In this document: positions 49,051 through 58,705 of the stretch, one piece after another | Layout: every line of letters starts with the position of its first letter | Position numbering within the stretch: the stretch's first letter is position 1 | Assembly: GCA_965199495.1 (NCBI GenBank) | Contig: CBDASK010000003.1 | Location: forward strand, 3,424,001 to 3,488,000 | Source: Abditibacterium sp. | Lineage (GTDB): Bacteria; Armatimonadota; Abditibacteriia; Abditibacteriales; Abditibacteriaceae | Direction of reading: 5' to 3' | DNA: 64,000 nucleotides | Notes under the pieces: model-generated | Database searches by the model: none | What the model was told of the DNA's origin: nothing | Seen by the model: only the letters and a program-made list of their open reading frames with translations | Made by a program: the position numbers and the translations under genes

Positions 49051-49124
49051 TGCCTGCGAGAGGACTCGAACCTCCAACATCCTGATCCTAAATCAGACGC
49101 CTCTGCCAATTGGGCCACACAGGC
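49051..49124 (-). tRNA. tRNA-Leu(TAG), 74 nt, short variable loop
   Basis: GCCTGTG/CGCAGGC acceptor, A discriminator, TCTGA-TTTAGGA-TCAGG anticodon arm, GGAGG-TTCGAGT-CCTCT T arm. Confidence 0.9.
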
Positions 49125-49206
49125 AAACGTTTTGAAAAACGCTTGAAACCGTAGTATAGAAAATTTGTTTGCCCTCGGTTTGGGCGCATCTGCCACACTA
49201 AAAAAT

Positions 49207-50367
49207 ATGGAAGCCTCCGAACTTATTCCCGCTTTGCGCCCGTTGCTGCATCCCGGAGCGCGCATTTTATTGATGGGCGCGCCCGCCGAAGAACGGTCGG
49301 GTCTCAAGTGGGGCAAGGCCGTGCGTCCGCTCGCCCGCTTGGGCGAAATCGCGCGCGAATGCGGTTTTGTCGTCGAGGAATCGGTGCAATATACCGACAT
49401 CGCCGGAGAAATTCCCGAAGTCATCGTGTTCGATGGCGCCGCGCTTTTGGCTTCCGCCAGAGAAGACAAAGCGGGCCAAAACGGACATTCGACGCCCTTT
49501 GCGATTGTTGATCTGGATAGCGTGCGCGAACTGCACGCCATGCCGCTACTCAACGAAGTCACCTTTGTCGCGACGATTTCCGAGCGCATGACGAGCCACG
49601 AAACGGCGCAATTGGAAGGCGCGGGCGTGGGCGCGTTTTTGAGCGCCGAGGCTTCAACTGTTGAAGTGGCGAGTTGTCTGCAAAGCGTGACGCAACTCAG
49701 CCGCGCGCGCGCCGAAATCGCCGACTTGCGCGCACAAATCGCGCGTTCGTTGCGCGTTGACGACATCACCGGCGTCATGACACGGCGTTTCTTTTTTCAG
49801 CAAGCCTATCGCGAGTGCGCCCGCGCGCGGCGCTACGGTCATCCGCTTTCGTGTTTGATGGTCGAAGTGGATCATTATCGTATGTTGTGCGCGCGCTTTG
49901 CCGACTCGACGGGCGAAAGCGTTTTGCGCAGTGTCGCCACCGTTATCGGCCAGTGGACGCGCGATTCCGACATTATCGCGCGCTTTGCCGAATCGAAATT
50001 TATCGTGCTTTTGCCCGAAACCGACATCGCGGGCGCCACTTCGGCGCGCGAGAAAGTGTTGAGCGCGCTCGCCAACTACCCGTGGAACAAGGGCGACGAA
50101 GAATTGCCGGTTTCGGTTTCGGTGGGCGAAGCGCAGTTGGAACGCATCGCGCCTTCGCGCCCCAATGACGAAGATGCGTCCGAAAGCGACGACATGGGCG
50201 AAACCGCGCTTTCGACGCGCGAAGCGATGGCCGGACTTTTGGAAGACGCCGATGCCGCGCTCTTTATCGCGCGCAAAGGCGCGCGCGTGCCCGACGTTTT
50301 GGTGCCGCAAATGATCGTCGAAAACCAGACGCTTCCCTTGAATAATGCGAACTCATTGGGCGCTTGA
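49207..50367 (+). CDS. GGDEF-domain protein with degenerate active site
   Basis: DDITG...RR, RDSDIIARFAESKF in place of RxxD...GGEEF, ADAALF. Confidence 0.88.
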   Translation: MEASELIPALRPLLHPGARILLMGAPAEERSGLKWGKAVRPLARLGEIARECGFVVEESVQYTDIAGEIPEVIVFDGAALLASAREDKAGQNGHSTPFAIVDLDSVRELHAMPLLNEVTFVATISERMTSHETAQLEGAGVGAFLSAEASTVEVASCLQSVTQLSRARAEIADLRAQIARSLRVDDITGVMTRRFFFQQAYRECARARRYGHPLSCLMVEVDHYRMLCARFADSTGESVLRSVATVIGQWTRDSDIIARFAESKFIVLLPETDIAGATSAREKVLSALANYPWNKGDEELPVSVSVGEAQLERIAPSRPNDEDASESDDMGETALSTREAMAGLLEDADAALFIARKGARVPDVLVPQMIVENQTLPLNNANSLGA

Positions 50368-50378
50368 AATCCAACGCT

Positions 50379-52547
50379 TTATAATTCTTCGATGCGCGCC
50401 AACGCCGTCGTCGCGAGTGCATCGAACCAGCGGCCATTGGGCGAAACCATTGGCAACCACCATGCGGTCGGGCGCACGTTGTTCTGGCGCAAACTTTCCG
50501 ATGCGCGCATCGCGTTGCGCACCAACAATAAGCGCGCCAATTCCGCCTGCGATTCCAACGCCTCAATGCGCGCGCGCAAGAGAACGGCGGCTTCGCTTTT
50601 CTCCAGTTCGAGTTGTGCTTGAAGTTTCTTATCCGCCTGCGCCCGTGCCGACCGCGCGCCGTTTTGCGCGGCCTTGATGCGCCCGTCAAATTCGCGCCAC
50701 TGTGTTTCCCGCTCGGCGATTTGCGCGCGTAATTCGCTTTCGCGCGTCGCTTCGCGCGCTTCCAGTTCGGCGACGTGGCTGCGTTCGAGCTTGGATAATT
50801 TGCGCGGTTTGCCGTTTTCGCCGAGCGGATTGAGGCGTTGCGCGGCGGCCTCTTTGATGTCGCGGATTTGTTCTTTCCGTGGCCAAATCTGCGCGCGAAA
50901 GAAATCGCCTTTTTCGCGCTCCAAAGTCTGCGCTTTCTGAGTCGCCAGATGCGCTTGCTTCTGCAATTCGTCGCGTTGATTTTTTAATGGTTCGACTTGC
51001 TCGCGTAACGCGCGTAAATCTTCGCGCACGGCTTCGTATTCCGCTTTTTTTGCAAGCCATTTTTCGCCATCCAAATCGGCGAGAGCGTCCATCAAATCTT
51101 CGGTTTTGTGACACGCTTTCAAGCGCGCGCGCACCGCGTCGCATTGCGCGCATTTGTCGCGCCATGTCGCGGCGAACTCGGAAGCCGAAACTTTTCCATC
51201 GTCCCACAAATGCGCTAAGTGCGGCGGCAATTGAAAATGAGCCTCCACGCCCGCAAGCGCGTCCCACGTCTCGTATTTGAGGCGCAACATCGGATGTAAA
51301 TTTAGCTCGATGCCGTGCGAACGCAGTGCGTCATTCATCTTCTGGGTGCGCGAAGTGTAGCCCGACGCTTTTTCGTGGAACACGAAAATAAACTCGGCGC
51401 TGAGCATCGAAATCAAACTCACGGCTTTGCCAACGAGGGCGATGTCCGGCCCAAAATGTCCTTCCAGCAACGCGGCCAAGCGGCCAATCGAATGCGGATC
51501 GCAGTTTTGGCAAATTTCGATGGGCGTTTCGGTTTCGACGATGACGTTGCCTTCGTGCAAGCGCAAGGTGCCGCGCCCGTGACCGGGCACGACAACATCA
51601 AAGGGCAGGGCGCCCGGCCCAAACTGATCCAAAGCGTAAATGCCCGATCCGCGCAGAGCTTCGTTATAACATCGTTTGGCCAGTTCGCGCGTCGCCGGAT
51701 TGAGAAAAATATCAACGAAATTAAATCTTGGCAAATTGGCGGTTTGCGCGTTGAAACGAAACAAATCGAGCGAAGTCGTGGTTTCGAGTTCGCAGGTCGC
51801 GCCGCCGCGCACCAAACGCCAAATCTTCGGAATTAAATCTTGGTATAAATCCGACAAACTCGCGTCGGCGTGTAACATCGCGAACTCTTCGACCCAGCCC
51901 AAAATCGCGCGCGCCACGTCGCGCGCCGCGCACGGTTCGTCGTCCTCAAAATCGGGCGGACAACCGTTAATTGTCAAACTTTGCCGAAATCCCCAGCGCA
52001 ATTGCTCACGCAAAGCGGGCAAAATATCGCTCAATTTTACATCGGCGGAAATCAACGGATGCGGCTCGGTATGGACAATCGCGCGCCATAAGGGCGCGTC
52101 GGTTTCCTGATTGAGTAACGCTTCGGCGTCGCCAAAATAGGCTTTGGCGGCTTTGGCGAACGCGATGTTTTCGCGCGTAAAATCGCCGCGCGAAGGCACG
52201 ATTTCGGCGCCGAACAATGCCGACAATTCGCCCGCCGCGCTCCACAAACCGCGCGTATCGCCGTCGTTGTGACGCAACACGGCGAACGGTTCGCTTTGGA
52301 TCGCCAAACCTTCGAGTTTGGCGAAATAGTCGGTGTCATGAACACCAGCCACGACGCGCGCGCCCGGTGGCACTTGCCCGCCAAATTCGAGCGATTCGCA
52401 CAAACGGCAAAACGCGGCTTTGACCGGTTCGTCCCACAAAACGGTCTGCCCAAGCGTAAGAAATGGTGTATCGGGATAGCGAGTGCGAAGCTCGCGCAAA
52501 GCCGCGACTGTCGCGGCGGGAATAGTGGAAGACTGCGGGGAGGCCAT
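50379..52547 (-). CDS. large hypothetical protein with C-terminal coiled coil (possibly BshC-like fold)
   Basis: ~720 aa ORF with host-like codon usage; start taken at MASPQ. Confidence 0.8.
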   Translation of the reverse strand: MASPQSSTIPAATVAALRELRTRYPDTPFLTLGQTVLWDEPVKAAFCRLCESLEFGGQVPPGARVVAGVHDTDYFAKLEGLAIQSEPFAVLRHNDGDTRGLWSAAGELSALFGAEIVPSRGDFTRENIAFAKAAKAYFGDAEALLNQETDAPLWRAIVHTEPHPLISADVKLSDILPALREQLRWGFRQSLTINGCPPDFEDDEPCAARDVARAILGWVEEFAMLHADASLSDLYQDLIPKIWRLVRGGATCELETTTSLDLFRFNAQTANLPRFNFVDIFLNPATRELAKRCYNEALRGSGIYALDQFGPGALPFDVVVPGHGRGTLRLHEGNVIVETETPIEICQNCDPHSIGRLAALLEGHFGPDIALVGKAVSLISMLSAEFIFVFHEKASGYTSRTQKMNDALRSHGIELNLHPMLRLKYETWDALAGVEAHFQLPPHLAHLWDDGKVSASEFAATWRDKCAQCDAVRARLKACHKTEDLMDALADLDGEKWLAKKAEYEAVREDLRALREQVEPLKNQRDELQKQAHLATQKAQTLEREKGDFFRAQIWPRKEQIRDIKEAAAQRLNPLGENGKPRKLSKLERSHVAELEAREATRESELRAQIAERETQWREFDGRIKAAQNGARSARAQADKKLQAQLELEKSEAAVLLRARIEALESQAELARLLLVRNAMRASESLRQNNVRPTAWWLPMVSPNGRWFDALATTALARIEEL

Positions 52548-52596
52548 AAAAACAAAAAAGGGACGCTTGAAGCAGGGCAAGAGGCGCGCCGATTTT

Positions 52597-52725
52597 TTCG
52601 GATAGCGGATTTCAGAGGGCCGATTTCAGATCGGGTTGAAGAGATTGTAATGTCTGATTTAGTTCGTCACATTTCGCCCGATTTGACCGTATCCGAAATC
52701 GGCTCTCTGAAATCCGACATCCGAT
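52597..52725. repeat. imperfect inverted repeat of GATTTC(A/G)-type units
   Basis: tcggatagcggatttcagagggccgatttc ... gaaatcggctctctgaaatccgacatccga. Confidence 0.7.
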
Positions 52726-52821
52726 ATAGTAAAATCTTCTTTACAAACGCGCCACGTTGCGCGCGGTGTCAAATTTGCCGCGTAAACTTTGACGCACCAA
52801 GGATTCCAATTTTAGGAAATT

Positions 52822-53568
52822 ATGAATATGCCACGCGCCCTTTTGATTGATGACGACATTGAACTCGCCGAACTGGCCAACGAGTTTCTGACGCTCGAAG
52901 GCTTCGACGTTGAAGTCGCTCCACGCGGCGATACCGGTCTCGAACGCGCTCTGGCCGGTGGCTTCGATGTCATCGTATTGGACGTAATGCTGCCCGGTCT
53001 GGGCGGCTTTGAAGTTTTGCGTCGTTTGCGCGCCCAATCGAGCGTGCCCGTCGTGATGTTGACCGCGCGCGGCGATGAAGGCGACCGCATTTTGGGCCTC
53101 GAAAGTGGCGCCGACGATTATCTGCCCAAACCATTTAACCCGCGCGAATTAGCCGCTCGTCTGCGCGCGGTTTTGCGCCGTTCGAGTGGTGAAGGCGCGA
53201 GTGCGCCGCATCGCGAAAAAATGGAAGTGGGCGATTTGGAAATTAATTCGGCCTCTCGCGTGATGCGCAAAAACGGCGAGAAAATAGAACTCACGGGTTT
53301 GGAATTCGATTTGATGGTCGCGTTTCTGCGCGAGGCGGGCAAAGTCGTGGCGCGCGAACAGATTTTTCGCGAAGTTTTCGGTCGTAAACTGTTGCCCGGC
53401 GACCGCTCGATTGATACGCACGTTTCCAATTTGCGCCGCAAACTCGGTTCGCATCCCGACGGCAGCGACCGCTTCAAGAATTTGCGCGGCGTCGGCTACG
53501 GTTACACGCTGCCAGAAAATTTCGTGCCCGCCGTGGCGGTTGAGGACGATGAGGAAAATGAAGAGTAG
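52822..53568 (+). CDS. OmpR/CpxR-family response regulator
   Basis: IDDD, LDVMLPG, LTARG, GADDYLPKPF, RSIDTHVSNLRRKL, RGVGY. Confidence 0.95.
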   Translation: MNMPRALLIDDDIELAELANEFLTLEGFDVEVAPRGDTGLERALAGGFDVIVLDVMLPGLGGFEVLRRLRAQSSVPVVMLTARGDEGDRILGLESGADDYLPKPFNPRELAARLRAVLRRSSGEGASAPHREKMEVGDLEINSASRVMRKNGEKIELTGLEFDLMVAFLREAGKVVAREQIFREVFGRKLLPGDRSIDTHVSNLRRKLGSHPDGSDRFKNLRGVGYGYTLPENFVPAVAVEDDEENEE

Positions 53569-53577
53569 AAATTAAAT

Positions 53578-53956
53578 TCAAAAAAGCCCGCCGATTAACT
53601 TCGACGGGCTTTTTAAATTAAAAGAGGTTGCACTCAATCTTCGGAAATTCAGTTTTAACGGAAAACCCGTCAGAGCAAAGTGAATGAAATCCTGACTTAC
53701 GGTTTGGCTGGTGCCGGTTTGAAAACGCACCCACGCCGGGATGATGTGCAACTCGTCGGGCCGCAAATCAATGCGTTCTTGCCGAAAAATAAGATGCGCA
53801 CCGGGACGGTCATTGACATAAATGTGCCAGAATGGACTGAGTAAGTCGAGTTGCCATGTTTGCGGGTTAATTTCGAGATTCCATGAGGTAACGACCTTGC
53901 AATTGCGCGTGCCGCAGTAAGTTAGCCCAGATCGTGGGTGAAAATTGGATTGGCAT
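53578..53956 (-). pseudogene. truncated AraC-type regulator remnant (ligand-binding part only)
   Basis: Manual translation WQLDLLSPFWHIYVNDRPGAHL...LRPDELHIIPAWVRF...DFIHF; no HTH, probable frameshift near 53895; divergent from the fucosidase. Confidence 0.55.
53580..53614. terminator. bidirectional intrinsic terminator
   Basis: aaaaagcccg.cga...tcg.cgggcttttt. Confidence 0.75.
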
Positions 53957-54107
53957 AAGCGAAGTTCGTGTGCGGTAATTTACATAAGTTGGGCTAATTC
54001 TGCCATAGAATTTGAAGAACCTTTGTCCTAAGCTAAAAATCTGTGCATAAAGAGGCTCTGTCCGAGCGCTGTCGCTGCAATGGGCAGAATTTTTGTCCTG
54101 TTTTACG

Positions 54108-55913
54108 ATGAAACCAATCAACTATTTTTTGCTGACTTTGTTTGGCCTTGCGGCATTTGTCGTAAATTCGCGCGCGCCAACCGCGTGGGCGCAAGTTGCG
54201 ACGTCGCAAAGCGCGCCGTCGCCCGATCCGCGCGCGAACGAAACTAAAGCGCAACGCGATGCGCGCATGAAATGGTGGCGCGAGGCCCGTTTTGGTATGT
54301 TCATTCACTGGGGACTTTACGCGGTGCCCGCCGGACGCTGGAACGGCGGCGAAGTGCCCGGAGCGGGCATCAACGTTCAGGGTTACGGAGAATGGCTGAT
54401 GCACAACGCTCAAATTCCTGTCGCGCAGTATGCGGCGCTGGCGCCTCAATTCGATCCGACGCAATTCAATGCCGAGCGCTGGGTCGGCTATGCTAAAGCC
54501 GCAGGCATGAAATATATCATCGTCACCGCCAAGCATCACGACGGTTTCGCGATGTATCCGAGTAAGGCGAGCCGTTACAACATCAGAGACGCCACGCCTT
54601 TTGAGCGCGACCCGTTGGCGGAACTTAAAGCGGCGTGCGAGAAACAAGGAATTAAATTCGGCATTTACTACTCGCAAAATCTCGATTGGTCGTATCCCGG
54701 TGGCGGAATGTCGGGCGAAGCGTGGGATCCGGCGGCGCAAAATGGCAGCTTCCACGATTATGTAAAAAACCTCGCTGCGCCGCAGGTTGACGAACTTTTG
54801 ACGAACTATAAACCCGCCGTTTTGTGGTGGGATATTCCCGGCGATTTGACGCCCGATGAGGCGCGTGCGCTCACGGCTTCGTTTAATAAAGCGCCCGGTC
54901 TAATCGCCAACGACCGCATGGGCGGTGGGGTGCCCGGCGATACCAGCACGCCCGAACAATACATTCCCGCGACCGGTTTGCCCCATCGCGATTGGGAAGT
55001 GTGCATGACGATGAACGACACCTGGGGCTACAAAGTGGACGATCACAACTTCAAGTCGAGCGCGTCATTGATTCGCAATTTGATTGATATCGCGTCCAAA
55101 GGCGGCAATTATCTGCTCAACGTCGGCCCCGATGCGAACGGCGTCATTCCCTCACCAGAAGTCGAGCGCCTCGCCGCGATAGGCGCGTGGATGGACAAAA
55201 ATGGGGAAAGCATTTACGCGACGACTCCCAGTCCGTTCAAGCGCTTGAGTTGGGGCCGCGCCACCACCAAGCGCGAGGGCGACCTAACCACGCTCTATCT
55301 GCACGTCTGGGATTGGCCCGCCAATGGAAAATTGCTCGTGCCCGGTCTGCAAAACGCGCCGCGCCGCGCCTATTTACTGAACTCGAAAAAAGGTTTGACC
55401 GCCATCAAAACCGCTGATGGCGTCACCATTTCGCTGCCCCCTACCGCGCCCGATGCGGTCAGTTCGACCATCGCGTTGGAGTTCGCGGGCGCGCCCATCG
55501 TTGTGGCGCCTCCAATCGTGCAAAACGCTGATGGCACATTGCAACTTGCGCCGATTGACGCCACTACGCACGGCGCCATCAGCGTTGAGCAGAAAACCGA
55601 TGGCAAAGATAATTTCGGTTTCTGGCTTAACCCGACCGATTTCGTCGAATGGGATTTTCGCGCGGTGCGCGCGGGCCAATACGAAGTGACCGCAGAAGTC
55701 GCCGCGCCCGTAGCCACGTCGCTAAATTTGATGGTGAACGCTCAAAGCAACACTGTCGCTGTGCCCGCGACGGGCGATTACGGCAAATTTCAACGGATTT
55801 CGCTGGGTAAAATTGTCTTCGATGCGCCCGGCCCGATGACACTAAAACTCAAACCCGGCATCAATTGGAACGCCATCAATTTGCGCGCGGTAAATCTGCG
55901 CCCAATGAAATAG
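54108..55913 (+). CDS. alpha-L-fucosidase (GH29) with C-terminal carbohydrate-binding-like domain
   Basis: RFGMFIHWG, AGMKY, TAKHHDGF, WWD, TPEQ, WGY, LLNVGP. Confidence 0.94.
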   Translation: MKPINYFLLTLFGLAAFVVNSRAPTAWAQVATSQSAPSPDPRANETKAQRDARMKWWREARFGMFIHWGLYAVPAGRWNGGEVPGAGINVQGYGEWLMHNAQIPVAQYAALAPQFDPTQFNAERWVGYAKAAGMKYIIVTAKHHDGFAMYPSKASRYNIRDATPFERDPLAELKAACEKQGIKFGIYYSQNLDWSYPGGGMSGEAWDPAAQNGSFHDYVKNLAAPQVDELLTNYKPAVLWWDIPGDLTPDEARALTASFNKAPGLIANDRMGGGVPGDTSTPEQYIPATGLPHRDWEVCMTMNDTWGYKVDDHNFKSSASLIRNLIDIASKGGNYLLNVGPDANGVIPSPEVERLAAIGAWMDKNGESIYATTPSPFKRLSWGRATTKREGDLTTLYLHVWDWPANGKLLVPGLQNAPRRAYLLNSKKGLTAIKTADGVTISLPPTAPDAVSSTIALEFAGAPIVVAPPIVQNADGTLQLAPIDATTHGAISVEQKTDGKDNFGFWLNPTDFVEWDFRAVRAGQYEVTAEVAAPVATSLNLMVNAQSNTVAVPATGDYGKFQRISLGKIVFDAPGPMTLKLKPGINWNAINLRAVNLRPMK

Positions 55914-55980
55914 TGCGCGAGTTTTGTGCGCGAAACTGGCCTCAACAATTTCTGGCACCGCGTTATTTTGAAGGAGTAAT

Positions 55981-56053
55981 TTCGCACAAAGGAGACAAAG
56001 ATATTCGGATGATTCTTTGTTTCCTTTGTGCGATCTCTGTGTCTTTGTGCGAA
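55981..56053. repeat. degenerate inverted repeat of CACAAAG units (related in style to 1708-1830)
   Basis: ttcgcacaaagga ... tcctttgtgcga ... ctttgtgcgaa. Confidence 0.6.
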
Positions 56054-56054
56054 C

Positions 56055-56357
56055 CTAATTTAAAGTCTTTTTCGGCTCGCGATATTTTAGATAAGCCCAA
56101 ACGCCCAGAACGCCAGCTGGCAAATTCGCCACGCCGACGGCGATCATTGGCCATTCGCCCAGCGCCAAACCGTAGTTGAGCCAGGTGATTTCGTTGACCA
56201 GAGAAAGCCAGATCAAACTCGCCGAAATATCGCCCACACTTTTGGTGCGCCACATTTTCCAGACCTGATCATAAAAACCGTAAGTAACGACGGCGCTGCT
56301 CGCCAACGCGAGGAGGCGGGCGGCCTCGACATATTGAGGCGCGAAAGTGAAGAACAT
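56055..56357 (-). CDS. SemiSWEET/PQ-loop family small membrane protein
   Basis: QVWKMWRTKSVGDIS, WLNYG, N motifs; about three TM helices. Confidence 0.8.
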   Translation of the reverse strand: MFFTFAPQYVEAARLLALASSAVVTYGFYDQVWKMWRTKSVGDISASLIWLSLVNEITWLNYGLALGEWPMIAVGVANLPAGVLGVWAYLKYREPKKTLN

Positions 56358-56411
56358 AATTTAAGGTGCGCCGGGCATCAGCTACGGCGCGCGGTGCGCT
56401 CTGTAAACCGC

Positions 56412-57326
56412 GTGACGAAATTATCGGCCCAACCGCGCGTTCTGGATTTAGACGGCAGTTTAACCGCGCAACCCGCGCTCTCAGAACGAGCGACGATAGC
56501 AGCCACGTCGCAAGAATTGGGGCCATATCTGCGCTATCTTTGCACGCGCGCCGCGTTAAATCGTTTCGCCGCGTCTCTCGATCCGTCGCAAAGCCACCAA
56601 CTGACGTTTTATGGTTCGGGCGATTTTCATCATCTGACGGCGGTTTTGCTGGCTCAGTTTCGCGCGCAGCTCAGCGTTGTGGTTTTCGATCAGCATCCCG
56701 ATTGGGACATCACGGCGCCGGTGGCTTGTTGCGGCAGTTGGGTCAACACCGCTTTAAAATTGCCGCACATCAAGAAAATCGTCGTCATCGGCGCGGGCGA
56801 CGAAGATTTGGGCGGACAGCATCTATTGCGCGGCAACACGACGGCATTGCGCAACGGACGCCTCGAAATTTATCCGGCGACTTTCGCGCGTTCCCAAACG
56901 CTGTCGCGGCGCACGCGCCGTTTGCGTTGCGCCCGGCAAAGCGGTGGTTTTATCCATTGGAAAACCGTCGAACAATTGGGCTGGAACGATTTGATGAGCC
57001 ACGTCATCGCCGGTTTGCCGACGCGCCAGATTTACGTTTCGCTCGATAAAGATTGTCTGGTCGAACAAAACGCGATTTCTAATTGGGACGCGGGCGAATT
57101 GAAATTGGAAGACGTATGCGCCGCGATTGAAAGATTGAATCGCGAATGTGAAATCGTCGGCGCCGATGTGACCGGCGAATGGAGCGCGGGACAACCGGCT
57201 TCGCCCATATTTCGCGCGGTTTCGCGCGCCGATCATCCGCAGTTGCCAATACCTACGGCGGCGGAATTAACGCGCAATCAAGACACTAATTTACGCTTAC
57301 TCGACACGTTTTTGTCGTTGTGCTGA
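56412..57326 (+). CDS. arginase/ureohydrolase-fold protein
   Basis: GSGDFHH, FDQHPD, CGSW, YVSLDKD, TNW-like SNWDAG, GADVTG. Confidence 0.85.
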   Translation: MTKLSAQPRVLDLDGSLTAQPALSERATIAATSQELGPYLRYLCTRAALNRFAASLDPSQSHQLTFYGSGDFHHLTAVLLAQFRAQLSVVVFDQHPDWDITAPVACCGSWVNTALKLPHIKKIVVIGAGDEDLGGQHLLRGNTTALRNGRLEIYPATFARSQTLSRRTRRLRCARQSGGFIHWKTVEQLGWNDLMSHVIAGLPTRQIYVSLDKDCLVEQNAISNWDAGELKLEDVCAAIERLNRECEIVGADVTGEWSAGQPASPIFRAVSRADHPQLPIPTAAELTRNQDTNLRLLDTFLSLC

Positions 57327-57432
57327 GAATGCTCTCACTCGTTGGTTCCGGCGCAACTCGCGAGCGTTCAATGCAAGGTCAAAGTGAGCGTTGATAATTT
57401 CGCATCAACAACGCTCACTTTTAAGGTTTCGC

Positions 57433-58692
57433 ATGAACTTCGCTCCCACTCGTCATCATTCGGGTTTATCTCCTCTGGCTCCCGAAGAAACTCTGTTGAA
57501 CGCGCCGCTTGAATTTGTCGTGCCGCGCGCGCTTCAGGTCGCCGTTGCCGATTCGATTTCGCAATTCGCCGTCGCGCAGTGGAACGGCTTAATTCCACGC
57601 GACGAGCCGCAATTGCGCCACGATGTTTTGTGCGCCGCCGAAAAATCGGGCATGGTCAACAATCCGCGTTACGTTACCGTCGAGCGGAGCGGCGAACTCG
57701 TCGCCGTGGCTGTCACTGATGACCTGCCGATTGACCTATTGACGTTGGCTGCGCCCAATTTGAAATCGCTGGCCACCAAGATTCGCCGTGGCCCGTTTCG
57801 CAATTTCTTAATGCTCAAATCGGTCGCGTGCGGCCCGGTCATTACCAATTGCCGCCCGAATTTATACATCGCGCCCAACTTGACTGGCCCAGCGCGCGCC
57901 GAAGTTTGCGCCGCTCTCATCGAAGCGATTGACGCGTTGCCCGGCGGCGGTCTGCGCGTTTTCTTCGAGCATACGACAGAGAGCGCCGACGATTTGCAAA
58001 ACGCCTTCGACCAAAACGGTTATGTGCGCGCCTTATCTTTGCCGGGCACACGCTTGGAAATTCGCTGGCCCGACTTTAAGAGTTATACGGATGGAATGCG
58101 CAAATTTTACCGTCGCACGATCCGCCACGATCAAAAAGCGGGCACCAATTTAGAGTTCAACATCGAACGCGATTTCGGTCATCTGGCGCCCGAAGTTCAT
58201 CGTCTGTATTTGAATGTTCTGGCGCGCGCCAATACGGGTTTCGAGGCACTGAGCGAAAAGTTTTTTCGCGAAATCGGCGGTTGCGAGGACGCGCGTTTGG
58301 TGACGGCGCGCCTGAAAACGACGGGCGAATTGGTCGGCGTCGAACTGTTGTTGCTGGGCGAAACCGGCATGCAAGACCTCTATACCGGCGTCAACTACGA
58401 TTACAACGACGAATGCCATCTCTATTTTAACTTGATTTATCCGGGTATCGCGATGGCGTGCGAAAACGGCTATCAGCGTTTAACAACCGGCCAAACTTCA
58501 TATAAATTCAAGAGCCGTCTGGGCGTCGAAACCTTCGATTTGTTCCTGTTTCTCAAGCATCGCAACCCAATTGTCAACGCGATTTTGCACCGCTTCCACG
58601 CGGTATTTTGCCCGCCGACCGAAACGTTTCGCCATCACGTTTTCCGCGATGAGAAAGTGCCGGACGAAAGCGAGTTATGCTCAATCGTCTAA
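57433..58692 (+). CDS. GNAT/FemAB-like acyltransferase
   Basis: F..Y...M.K.YRR.IR, YTGVNY, LYFNL, GQTSYKFKSRLG. Confidence 0.8.
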   Translation: MNFAPTRHHSGLSPLAPEETLLNAPLEFVVPRALQVAVADSISQFAVAQWNGLIPRDEPQLRHDVLCAAEKSGMVNNPRYVTVERSGELVAVAVTDDLPIDLLTLAAPNLKSLATKIRRGPFRNFLMLKSVACGPVITNCRPNLYIAPNLTGPARAEVCAALIEAIDALPGGGLRVFFEHTTESADDLQNAFDQNGYVRALSLPGTRLEIRWPDFKSYTDGMRKFYRRTIRHDQKAGTNLEFNIERDFGHLAPEVHRLYLNVLARANTGFEALSEKFFREIGGCEDARLVTARLKTTGELVGVELLLLGETGMQDLYTGVNYDYNDECHLYFNLIYPGIAMACENGYQRLTTGQTSYKFKSRLGVETFDLFLFLKHRNPIVNAILHRFHAVFCPPTETFRHHVFRDEKVPDESELCSIV

Positions 58693-58705
58693 ACTTCAAT
58701 TTCCC

